This document shows positions 48,389-60,169 of a stretch of 64,000 nt of DNA, one piece after another. The DNA is from Minutocellus sp. GHC0000111 (Eukaryota): positions 4,464,001 to 4,528,000 of the forward strand of contig OZ361258.1 in the NCBI GenBank assembly GCA_977018835.1. The letters run 5' to 3'. Position numbers and translations under genes: made by a program. Under the pieces are notes generated by a model that was not told where the DNA came from, made no database searches, and saw only the letters and a program-made list of their open reading frames with translations. The stretch's first letter is position 1. Every line of letters begins with the position of its first letter.

Positions 48389-50331
48389 TCATCGATCATA
48401 AAACGGGCAGCAATTGCAACAGGTGCAGTTCACTTCCTCGACGTCGACCCAAAGTTCCAGCAGAGGGCTGGTGGAGTTCTCGTGGGTGTATCCCGGCCCC
48501 TCCACGGGCTGGAGGGCGTCGCACAGAAACTCGGCGCTGCCGGTGAGATCGTTGTTGTTGAGATAGATCCACGTGGCCTGGGTCAGATTGGCGAACGAGG
48601 GGGGCACCGTCCCGATCAGCTGGTTGCCCTCCAAGCTCAGCCAACCGGAGAGCTGGACCAACCGTCCCAGCTCCGGGGGGATCGTCCCTGTCAGATCGTT
48701 CCAGTCCACCATGAGGTAGGTGATCTGGTCCAGATTTCCCAGCTCGGACGGCACCGTCCCCCGAAGGCGGTTGTAGCCCAAGTTGAGGTAGTTGAGCGAC
48801 GACAGCGCCGTGAGTTCGACGGGCAGCGTCCCCGTGAGCTGGTTGGTGAGAAAGTCCAGCGCCGTCAGCGCCGGCAGGGCCGCCGCCAGCTCCCGTCCCG
48901 GCAGCGGCCCCGCGAGGCGGTTCTGCCAAAGGTTGATCAGCGTCACCTCCATTCGGTCGTTGCATTCCAGCGCCGTCCAGCCGTTGTTGAGCATCTCCGA
49001 CCCCCACTCGCACTCGTGCGCGGCGGCGGCGTCCAGGAAGCCGTACCGCTGCTTCCACTGGTCGCCCCCCGTGGAGTAGTACAGCACGGCCAGGGCGTAG
49101 CGTTGGCGGATGCGCCATTCGACGCTGGACACGTCCGGTCCGGTGACGGCGGCGGCGCCGCCTCCCTCGCCTATACGTAGCCACTGCAATGCCCGGGATT
49201 GCGGGGAGTTGGCATCTCGGAGGGTGGACGGGTCCGACACGGAGGGGACGACGATGGACTCGAGGAGGCCTGACTGGGCCCAGTCCAGCAGTGGGCTGCC
49301 ATCTCCCACACTGCCGCTATCATCCCCGGTGGTGCCGTTGGTGCCGTTGTTGGTGCCGTTGCCCTGTTGACTGCCGCCACTACTGCTAGAGCTACTGGCG
49401 TTGCCGCCCACCACGACCGCCGTGGGCACGACCACGCACGCCCCGAGAAGCATACCGACCAGCACCGCGCAGTGCCACCGCTGCCACCGGCCGTGCCGGC
49501 CGCACATCGTGATGGACCGGCGGTCGAGCTTCTCAGCGACGACGACGTCGGTGGACATGTACGATGCTGCGTGTCGATGGTTCTCCCCACTGTTGGGTAC
49601 ATGTGCACGTCTGGCACTGCTGTCCGCATGGCCATCGGCATTGGGGTTCGGTAGGTTGCCATCGCCGCCATCGCTACCAGTGCCAGCAGCAGCACTTGCA
49701 GTTGCGGCTGCAGCCGCGGCAGATCTACCGGTGTTGGACCCCAACGACGATGACGACGGCCCACTTGTAACACCACTCGATCGGTCGGTGGCACCTCCGC
49801 CGTCCTCGGCAGCCGCGGCCGGGGCCGGGGCCGGGGCCGGCTCGCACGCCGCGTCTTCGACCAGGTGGGCCACGGCCACGTGGTACTCGTACGACAGCTC
49901 CGAAAGGGTGGTGTCCGCGCCGGCTCCATGGGCATCGTCCTCGTTGTTGCTGCTCGATCCAGTAGTGTTCGAAGCAGCCGTCGGACGGCGGCGGCGCCGT
50001 CCACCGAATCGGCCGTGGGGGAGCCGTCGGACTGGGCCGTGCTGCCGCCGGGCGCGCCGAGCGGCAGCGGGGTGACGTGGTAGGCCCCCGGGGCCGTTGG
50101 TGGGGCCGGGGCTGGGGCCGGGGTTGGGGGTGCCGCGGCGCCGGGGACGAAGCCCGACCTCCGGGCCAGCTCCTCCGGGGACGACAACGACGCCTGCGGC
50201 TGTTCCGCCTCGTCCGGTGGAGGTGGAAGTGGCGGTACCGACGGGTCCTCGGTGCCATTCGGATTGCCGCCGTTGGCATTGGCGGTGCCGGTGGCAGCAG
50301 CTGCGGCGGCGGGGAATTTCGCCGCGGACAT
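48389..50331 (-). CDS. Type II membrane LRR receptor-like protein; frameshift near 49980
   Basis: Low-complexity N-terminus, one TM helix, SPQSRALQWL, QRYALAVLYYSTGG..W, plant-type LRRs (NxLxGxxPxELGxL), terminal CTCCNCC. Confidence 0.88.
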
Positions 50332-51213
50332 AGTCTACTAGTATTCGCCTGCTGTGCTTGTGGACGTTGTCTGGCTGCAACTTTATGCATGCAACTCAAC
50401 ATTCTTCGCTCGGACATGACATTTCGCGGCTTTCGGCCTGCACTTGGAGAAAAGGCGGGGGCTTACTAGTATGTGCTAAAGAAAAATTTCAGATTGCACG
50501 AATTTTCGTCACGAAGAAACATGAAAAAAGCACTCGATCCATGATGGATTCGATTCGCAGTCTGCCGCGCCGCACGCACAACATTTCGGGGCATAAATGA
50601 CCACCAAGATGGCACGCAACCACCATGCCCGCCTCGGCACATCTTCTCTGTATGTGCCTTGGCCATTGAGTCGTCATTCTGAGCCTCTCACTCCTGAAAC
50701 TGACGCCGAAAATCGACTTTCGCCGCATGTCACCGGCGGCCGACCTCGACCTCCACGACGGCAACAATCGCAAAGAAAAGTGTGACGACGGCGTCGAGTT
50801 GATGCAAGAACACCAACATTTGACGACTTGAAATGTCACTCCGATAGCATTGTCGGGCGGCGGTGTGGCAATGGTGTTGAGTTTGCGTGCACAACAGTCG
50901 CAAAACGCTGCTGCTGACGCCCCCTCCAAAAATTCTACAACCAGATTTCGTCGCAAAACCGGCCCTCAATGTCAATGCTCTTTTCCCATTACAGCGGACA
51001 CTCCAGTGCCAAAAACGAAGAGAAAGTTAGAAATTGGCAGCTCGACATGCACTAAGTTTTGAGATGGAACTTCGCCTGCTAGCAGAGAGCTGCACAGACC
51101 TAACTAGTTTTCAGTCAGTCTCTGCCATTCGTCCGTTCCTTGTTACCGATCTGTTGCACACACACAGCTCCGAATGATGCTAAGAGGTCCTAAAACTAAG
51201 CTAGATGTAGATG

Positions 51214-51422
51214 CATAGCTAGCAGAGGTTAACAGGACCCACGTAGATGAAAAATGGGCCATCGGAGACGTCGTTGGCCCATGGATCAACGGTCAGGAGA
51301 GGGCACTGAGTCAGTAGTGATGTAGCTAGTAGAGGTTAATAGGACCTACGTAGATGAAAAATGGGCCATCGGAGATGTCGTTGGCCCATGGATCAACGGT
51401 CAGGAGAGGGCACTGAGTCAGT
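51214..51422. repeat. Two near-identical direct repeats, period 107 bp, each with an internal hairpin
   Basis: AGAGGTTAAYAGGACCYACGTAGATGAAAAATGGGCC..CACTGAGTCAGT at 51224 and 51331; stem ATGGGCCA..TGGCCCAT. Confidence 0.93.
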
Positions 51423-51988
51423 GGTCTGATCACCGTACGTACCGTACGTACGTACGTATCCCACGGTGTCAACACCGAATCATCAAGTTCAGGAGGATCT
51501 TGAGAGGATCCATGGGTCAATGGCACTTGTGATCACCGGGACGCGATGTGCAGGGTTCTGTCCTCACCACGGGGAAGAAGGAAGTTTCTACCTGTCAAGT
51601 CAGCAGGGTCAAATTCAGTTGGGGTCGTTCGTCGCGCAGCAGATCGATCGATCTACATGTGTAGGATCTACACACACTTGGGGGGGGGGTTGTTGGTTGG
51701 CTGGCGGCAGTTGACTGACATCATAAAAATATGTAGACTCTAGGCACTACATACTACATAGCACCTCCAATGCAAGGTGTGGCGTTGCTTTTGTTCAACA
51801 TGTATTGCGTCCAAAACACAATCATTACATGTAGGTTGACTTCCTCCTGTTTGTTCTCGCCTCCTCCTCTCGGCCGGCGGCTGCCGTGGTCGCCTTGTGA
51901 CAGGAAACAGACTCCCTCGACAATGTTCGGGGTGTTGCCCGCTCTTCCGAACTTGTCAACCTCGCCATTTCGGATCATTTTCTCAACC

Positions 51989-54900
51989 ATGAGGCGCTCG
52001 GCGGCCAGCGCCGGCCTCACCAGTACCACCGCAGCTGCAGGAGGCCAGGGCCACTCCCGTGGCAACTCCCTCGGCAGCACCGCTACCCACGGTGGAGGCA
52101 GCGGAGGCGGGAGGGGATACTCTATCAACGGCGCAATGCACAGCCATCGAAACCACCGAACCAGCAGCTTACCAGCTCCAATTGGAACAGCAACTCGCGA
52201 GGGACAGCTGCTGCCACTGCCGGTCCGGCGCCGGACACCGAACCCCCCACCCGTCCCCTCACCTGCGTGGCCGAAGCGACCACGTTGGCCTTTGCCTGCT
52301 ACGACGAACTCACCAACCAAATATTGCTGGAAGAATGTCCCGCCCACGGAGGAGCCGATACCGAACGCGCCGTCCGTGGATTTGTCGAACTGACGAGGCC
52401 CAACTTGATCGTCGTGGGGAATAAGGTGGCGGGCAATTCGGGGCTGATGCGGCTGTTGGCCAGGGGGTTGGTCGAGGAGGACAATGGGGATGGTTGTAAC
52501 AACGGAAAAAATGCGAATGGCGGAGCTGCGGCTGGCGGCGGCGCAATGATAATGGAAGATGACGGCCCTGTCATCCCGTACTGGCTGCTCAAGTCGGCGG
52601 CGTTCGATTTGCGGAATTGCCGCTCCATCATCCTGGGGAAGCTCCGGGTGTTGTCGCTGATGAGGTTGGATCAGCAGCACAGTGGAGGTGACAATGGCAG
52701 TGGAGATGGGCAGCAGTATTATGGCAATGGGCAACATGGCAACGCCGGGGACCCCCACCACGCCAATCGGTACTTTCCCCACTCCGCCACGACGAGCCAT
52801 GGCGGCAACTCCAACTCATTCGCCATCTCGTCCTCGTACCACTCCATCTCCTCCCTCCTCGACCTCCACGCCCACCCGGCACCCCTGGTGCGGGCGTTGG
52901 GGGCCCTCCTCCATCATCTCCAAACCACAACTCATCGACTCGAGGAGGGTGGTACCGTTACCGTGAACGCCGTCCGACATGCCCACTCCTCGCAATATAT
53001 GCGGATCGATGCCGGGACGTTGCACAGTTTGCACATATTTGCTACTGACCACCATCCACTGCTGGCGGCCAAGGGTGGTGGTGGCGGTGGTGGCAAGGGG
53101 AGAGGTGGCGGCGGGGGGATGAAGGACAAGGAGGGCTTCAGCCTGTACACCCTCCTCGACCGGACCCGCTCCAAGATGGGCCGGGGACGCCTCCGCGAAC
53201 TAATGATGCAACCCCTATTGGACCCGCAGGCCATCCGCCGACGGTACGATGGCATCGATCTGTTCCTCCGTCCCGACTGTCAGGGTGCCGTCGGGACCCT
53301 CCTGGCGTTGCTGGGCAGGGTGGGGGCCATCGACAAGATATTGCTGCGGATGCAGCGGGTCAATGCCATCGCGATGGACTTTTTGACGCTGAGCCAAACG
53401 CTGGGGTGTGCCGTGGGGATTTGTGCGACGTTGGCGGGCGACGTCAAGGAGGTGCTGCGGAGGGCCCATCGACGGGAGGTGGAGGAACGGATGCAGCAGC
53501 AGCGACAGCAGCAACTGAGGCCGCAACGGCAGGCAGATGAAGAGACCGGTGGTGCGGGTACGACCGAGGCCATGCGGCAGCTGGCCTTTTTGGACGACAT
53601 CCTTCGGCGCTGCCACGTCCCGACCCTGCGCAAGCTGCACGAGCGCATCACCACCATCGTCGATCACGAGCTGACGGCCGAGAAGAAGGACAGCGTCGAG
53701 GTCCACTACGGCTTCCACGAGGAGCTGGACGCCGCCAAGGAGGCGTTCGATACCCTCGACGAGACGTTGTCGGCCGTCGGGTCGGAGGTGTTGGCCAAGC
53801 ATCCCGAATTGCAGTGGCTGACCGTCGTGTTTTTGCCCCAGGTCGGATTCCTCATCCAGCTCGACAGGCGCAACCACGCGCACAATGTGACCAACAATAC
53901 CTTTCCCGATCTGCCCGCCGACTTTAGCTTCGTCTTTCTGCAGGCGCAGGACAACGCCGTCTACTTCAAGAACGCCGACATGCGCCAGCTCGACGAGGAG
54001 GTCGGCGATCTCGACGCCTACATCAAGGATACGCAGCTCATGATCGTGCACGAGCTGGAGGATGACATTTTGGACTGCGAGGTGGAGCTGCGCAGCACGT
54101 TCAGTGCCATTGCCGACTTGGATTGCATCCTGTCGTTCACGGCGTGCGCTTCGGACCTCAACTTTGTCCGGCCGGAGATTGTGGCTCCGGAACCTGGATC
54201 GGATGAGTGCAGCATCTATGTGGAGAATGGTCGTCATCCATTGCAGGAGCTGGTTATTGACGACGAGTTCATCGCCAACAACGTCATGATTGATTCGACC
54301 AACCGCGTGAATGTTGTGACGGGACCCAACTTTAGCGGCAAGTTCTGCTACGCTCGTCAGGTTGGCGTATTGGTGTACATGGCACACATTGGCTGTTTCA
54401 TTCCCTGCGATCGTGCCAGGATCACCATTACGGATCAGATCTTGGCTCGCATTAGCAGTGTTGAAACCTGTGCAGTGCCTCAGAGCAGTTTCCAGCAGGA
54501 TCTGACGCAGATGGCAACCATTCTGCGCCGGAGTACTCCCAGAACGCTGGTCCTCATCGATGAATTCGGTAAGGGCACTGCGCCTTCCTCTGGTATCGCG
54601 GTGCTTACCTCGGCTCTTCGAAAACTATCGTCAATCAATTGCAAGGTGGTGTGTACCACTCACTTCTTGGAGGTATTTTCCCTAGGACTACTCAAGGACG
54701 GTCAGGATGGGATCAAGACCCTTCAGATGGCGGTCCACATTCCGAGCTCGGACCAGGACAATCCCGTTCCCCTGTTCAAGCTGGAGGAGGGCGTTGCCAA
54801 TTCGTCGGCTGGCCTGGTATGTGCAAGGATGGCTGGAGTCAAGCGAAGTGTTGTTAGTCGAGCTAATCAGATTCTTGGTGCGCTCAAAGACGGCAAATCG

Positions 54901-55050
54901 GTGAGGCCGATTGAAAATATGACCAACACGAATTCGGTTTTGCAGCCAGAGTCCAAGGCTGCTTTGAGAATGTTCTTGGGGAACGCGAACTGGACCAATG
55001 CGACCAACGAGGAGGTCGAAAACCTGCAAGAAATGATTGTGAGAATGTGA
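51989..55050 (+). CDS. MSH5: MutS homolog 5 (meiotic crossover factor); probable frameshift near 52112
   Basis: No mismatch-binding domain I. KEGFSLYTLLDRTRSKMG, VFLPQVGFLI, GRHPLQEL, TGPNFSGK, SSFQQDL and LIDEFGKGT (GKGT is typical of MSH5). Confidence 0.9.
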
Positions 55051-55160
55051 TGAGATTTTTCAACAAAGTCATATTTCGTAACCTTTAAAGTATGTTGCTT
55101 CTAAACCTATTCATATCTAAATCTAATTGAGGCTTGGTTGCTGCTACAAACAGATTCTCT

Positions 55161-57336
55161 TTACAACCTGGTAATATCTCTGCCAAACAGTTTCGACTTC
55201 CACCAATCAAACGTTACGAGTACTCTATTTCTGGTTGCAACCTGCTTTACCAGATACACAGATCGCCAAAGCAAGTAGCTTACCGAACCGCCAATGGAAA
55301 GCAACGGCACATCGCCAATCTGTACTTGAGACAACGCCTCACCACCACCGGTATAGGCGAGCATTCCCAAATTCAGAAAGCGTAATGTTGGAGCATGTTC
55401 CAAACCTCTAAACTTCAACCAGTTGGTTAGGGCGGGGTCGTAAAATACGTCACAAGTGTCTTGAACTTCGGCGTCGTAGCATGGCAAAAGCGGGGGAGTG
55501 GTGTCGAGATCATAACCTCTGCTGAGTAAGCGAGCGACATAAGCTCCACATTGGCCGGCAACCTGGGCCGTGGCCGGCAGCAGTTCACCGTCGCCCTCGT
55601 CAAATGCGGCCGCATCACCAAGAACAATCACCGATCCGAGGAGGCTGGGATCATGCATCGGCGCCCTCATCCAATGATCCACTCGCACGCGCCCGTCAGC
55701 ATGCCGGGCTTCGGGTGGGAGCTGTGATAGGAGCTCGTTTACAAACGGCACAGGAGCAGTGCCAGCGCACCAAACCGTCAAGCTGAGAGGCAAGGCCGTT
55801 TCTTCTCTTTCATCAAGAAGCTTCCCCGTGGTAGGATCTGTTTTCTTTGTGGCTAACCGTGCAAATCCATCGCCAACTTCTGTTACCCTGGTAATAAGTA
55901 TGACCTCGATGCCCTTCTCCTCGAGAGATCGGAGGGCTTCCTGGCGGAGTGCTGGTTCGAACTGAGGTACCAAGGAATCTCCTCCATGCGCCAAAATCAC
56001 ACGTGTATTTCCAGCAAGGTTTGGATATGTGCCCTTATGCTTTGCCGTGACATCAGTGAACAGATCATGGAGCTCACCTGCCAATTCAACGCCAGTTGGT
56101 CCTCTGAGATATTTGTTCGGGATTAAACGAGTGAGAAAAAAGATATACGGAAACATCACTACATACAGATAGGAAATGCTTCTTTACTTACCCTCCCACA
56201 ATGAGAAATGTGACCCGTCGTGACCCCTCTTTAACTTCTTCAGGAGAGGAGCCTCGGCAATCTGGTCGTGAGGCATACTCAAAAGATTCCCCCACGGCCG
56301 TTCGCAGTTGCCTCGCATCGTCGCAGCTCTTCAACCGCAGCGCCTTGTCGGCACCAGGCACACCACGATCATCCACTCGACTTCCCACCGACACCACCAA
56401 GTGATCATAGTCCACCCTCACCATTGGCGGTTCACCCTCTCGCAATCCATCCAGGAGTGAGTTGAGCTTGACATCGACGTACTTTTTGTTCACATCGACA
56501 TGAACAGCCGCCCCTTCGATGTACTGATCAATCATTGGGTTGGAGCTGCGCACCGCCTCGGTCATGCTCCGATACTCCACCGTCCCAACGGCAGCGCTGG
56601 CCAGCATGGGTGTAAATACAAAGTGGTTCGATGGCGATACCACAATCAGTCGGATCTTTTGACAGTCGGCAACTTTGGACAGGGCATGACTCGCCCATCC
56701 ACTTCCCAAAACCACCACCGTCTTGCGCGTTACCTCGGCCTCGTTCGAAAGTTCCGTCCAACCCTTCTCGAAGGGGATGCGGCGCAAATGGGCCCATACG
56801 TCCTCCACCGTGTCCCACGTCCGCTGGAGGATGACGTCAATGGGCAGTCCCGTCGCGGGGGTTAGGGATTTCTTCCTTAGGTTGGTCCATATCGACAGCT
56901 CGCTGGACACCATGGTGAGAGCATCGTCTCGTTCGATGGCAGCTCTGCCGCCGACCAACACAAAGTCCTCGTCGCTTAGATCCACGTCGAGCTCCTTCAT
57001 GGGCTGGTCGTTGTCATTGCCTTTGTTTTCTGTCAGTTCGGATGCAGCAAACCTGTCGAGTCCGGACAAGATATCGTTTTGCAGATTGCTGTCGTCGCCA
57101 TCATTGTCATCATTGCCGTTTTCATCCGATGACGACGTCTTGCTCCTTGCGTCGGACTCGGTGGTGGATAAGAGGACAGTGGAATGCAGTCGGTGTACGA
57201 TATGTGAGGGCGTAGCTCGATTTGTCAATGGCACAAAGGCCGATGTCAATCCGAATCCACCGCTTTCGATGACGGGCGCAAAGGCAGCAGCAGCAAGCAG
57301 CAGAGAAACGGATGTCATGTGACGCCGGTTCCGCAT
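55161..57336 (-). CDS. Type II NAD(P)H dehydrogenase (NDH-2), plastid-type leader; intron 56191-56104
   Basis: [36 protein letters not shown] across the intron, ATAQVAGQ and LFGRDITRL. Confidence 0.92.
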
Positions 57337-57680
57337 GACTCTACGAATTTATTTATCGAGCTCGTGATGTGCTTTTTGGTGTGAAATAATCGGTGCAAAT
57401 CCTGCACAGAAGCGATGTCATTGATTTATGATCATGCGGTCCAGCCGGTCGATCAGTGCGATGGCTGGAGATTTCGGATGCCTTCTTCGCCACCATGGAT
57501 GGTTCGCAACGCCGACGGGTGGGTTCGCAGCTGACATCAGTTTTCGCCGGGAACAGATACTACACGAAATACATGTTTTGTGAAAGCTGGCGTGGAGGCG
57601 TCGGATAGATAAGCAAAACGGCACAAGCGCCCCCTTTGTTTCAATGTTCCGATACATGTAAGCCCTTGTGTGGACGAAGG

Positions 57681-59765
57681 ATGGAGAAACAGCGAACCCA
57701 ACAACGCCAAAATGGCACACACATACACTCAGGCCAGGGCATTAGAGCAGCAGCAGGAGCAGCTGCGCCGACGGCGTCGGTCCCCACTCTCTTTTTGAAC
57801 CACCAGCAGCAGCAGGCACAAGACGAAACGAGTACATGTACGGTCGACTTTGAACATCGGCCCAAGTTCACCGCCGAGGACGATAAACGGGATCTACAGT
57901 CGCTCACCATCGACGATCTGGTAAGGCTGAAGAGCGATCTGACCGGGATGAAGATAGACGTGACTCAAGGAGCGGCAACAGCGGCGACAGTGCAAAACCA
58001 ACGCCATCCGGCGATGTCACAAGAAAACGCCGCATTATTGGCATCCCTTGACCAAGAAATATCCAAGCTGCCCACCGAGTCGACGTCGTCCTACTATCAG
58101 GCGGTGAAAAGGTGCCCCCTTGAGGTCAGCGCCAAGCGTCGATTGGCCTTTTTGGAATGCGATGCGAATAACGCCACTCTCGCTGCCAAGCGTCTGGCCC
58201 GCTACTGGGACATCCGTCTGGAATTGTTCGGTCCCGAAAAGTGCTATCAGCCCATGATCTTGGCGGGGGCCATGGCCGGGGAGATGGTCACAACATCGCC
58301 ACGCGCAAGGTGTATCAGCTCTTGCCGTGCACCGATGCGGCGGGACGGGGCATCATCTACATGCGCGTTAGCAACCGCGACTTCTCCGAGTACACTCTCA
58401 AGCAGGAGTTCATGGCGCTCTTCTATTTGATGGAGATATTGTCCTTGGACGATAATATACGCCGGCGGGGATTTGTCGTTTTGGTCGACGACCAGTGTTC
58501 CACGAGGGAGAACTACCCGAGACATTTCCAACGGCATGGTCGGTTCAGTGACGAAATTTTCCCGATCCGACTGCGAACGTACCACTTCTGCCACGCGTCC
58601 AAGGCCCTGTGCTACATCATCTGGCCGGCCTGCAAGTTCTTCCTTCCCAGGCACGTGCGGATTCGGGGGTTACTTCATCATGGCTCGACGGCCGATGTTC
58701 TCCGTAGTCTTTGTACCTACAGCCTCCTTCCTAACTGTCTCCCCACCGAGCTCGGGGGCAACGTCACCTTGGACCCGTGCAAATTCGTGTACGAGAGGAT
58801 GGCCACCGAGGCAGCTATGTTTGGCCTTCACTTTCCGGCAACTGCTGCCGACAAGCGCAAACATGGATCCGGACCAGCAGCAAATACTGTTTACGCATCA
58901 GGACGTCCTTCCTCGTCGTCAACGGAGGTGGTGGTGGCAGCGGCTATTGGAAACACACAAAATCCGCTGCATGGCAACAATAAAGCCGGTCCCAAAGACT
59001 TCTCCGCCAGTAGCAACGCTGAGGCCGTTGTTCCTTCGACTGCCAAAAGAGTTAGGAGTAGCAGCAGTGGGGAGAAGAGACAGCGACAGCGGCAGCGGCG
59101 GTCCTCTTCGACGAAGAAGGAAAGTATGGTCGACCCACGGATGGCCAAGGCCGTCAAGGCCAAGCAGGCCGATCCAGAAATGAAGCTGTATGATGCTCTG
59201 GTGCTTGGTGGATATGTCTTCTACGAAAAGACCGGTTGCAAAGACTTGGTCAACCAGGATGGCACCAGCTTGAGGCAGGTACGTGTTGAGATGGCAGACA
59301 TATCATACAGTCCGGACTGTATGTGATATATTTATTTATGAAGATGCTGGTGTGTTGAATTTGCCCGACCTTCATACATTTTACTTGAGTTGGCTCACCA
59401 ACTTCTTATTTCTAATGCCTAATGCCTAAACGGCCACTCATATCCTCATGCCAAACAGTGTAAAAACAACCTTTGCCGACGACTGCGAATAGAGCGAGAG
59501 AGGAAGAAGGCGGGCCAGGTCAGCAGTTCTGACCAGGCAGATTCAGAGAGCACACGTGGTGAGAAGGAAAATCAAAAAGGAGGAGGGGGAACCTGGACAA
59601 GGAGGAGAGGAGGAGGAGGAGGAGAAAGAAGAAGAGCGGAAGCCTCCCGCCAAGCCTTCAGGAGAATTATCCTCGAAAGCCGTCTCAACGTACCAGTATG
59701 ATTCTTTTGACGAGGAAATATTCCAGCTGCCAGGCTGGAGTGACGACGACACCAACGATAAATAG
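57681..59765 (+). CDS. CRAL-TRIO/Sec14-like protein with C-terminal DPRM..KNNLCRRLR domain; intron 59279-59458; frameshifts near 58290 and 59550
   Basis: FLECD..AAKRLARYW..RLELFG, DAAGRGII, GFVVLVD, FPIRLRTYH and LPTELGG motifs; LRQ|CKNNLCRRLR is restored by splicing. Confidence 0.75.
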
Positions 59766-60169
59766 TCTAGCCACTAGCTAGCTAGAGTAATTTATTACAC
59801 GTACCATGGTAGTTTACATATGGCAATTGCCGTACATGTACCTGCATGGAAGGAATGGCTTCGGTCGTTGATCTACAGTCTGATTGATCTACAGTCCGGG
59901 GGGCGATTCTTTCTCTGTTTCATCATAAAGAAAACTGTTACGCGCACAGCTTTCTTAATTTGCACAGTTGGAAAAGGAAAATTTTGTTTTTCGATGATGC
60001 ATGCATTTCGAGTACGTAGTTGTTGACTGCCATGCACCGACCGGTGGTACGAACGTAATGCCGTCGTATATTGCTCTCGGCGGCAATCAATGCACCTTGC
60101 TTGCTCTAGGTGTGCCGTTACTACGTGTCGCTACGTAGCTAGGCCTACTGGCAGTCTTGCCCAGATTAG

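Noticed and set aside
50489..50956. 155-aa ORF upstream of the LRR gene
   Set aside because: No recognisable motifs or splice support; probably intergenic
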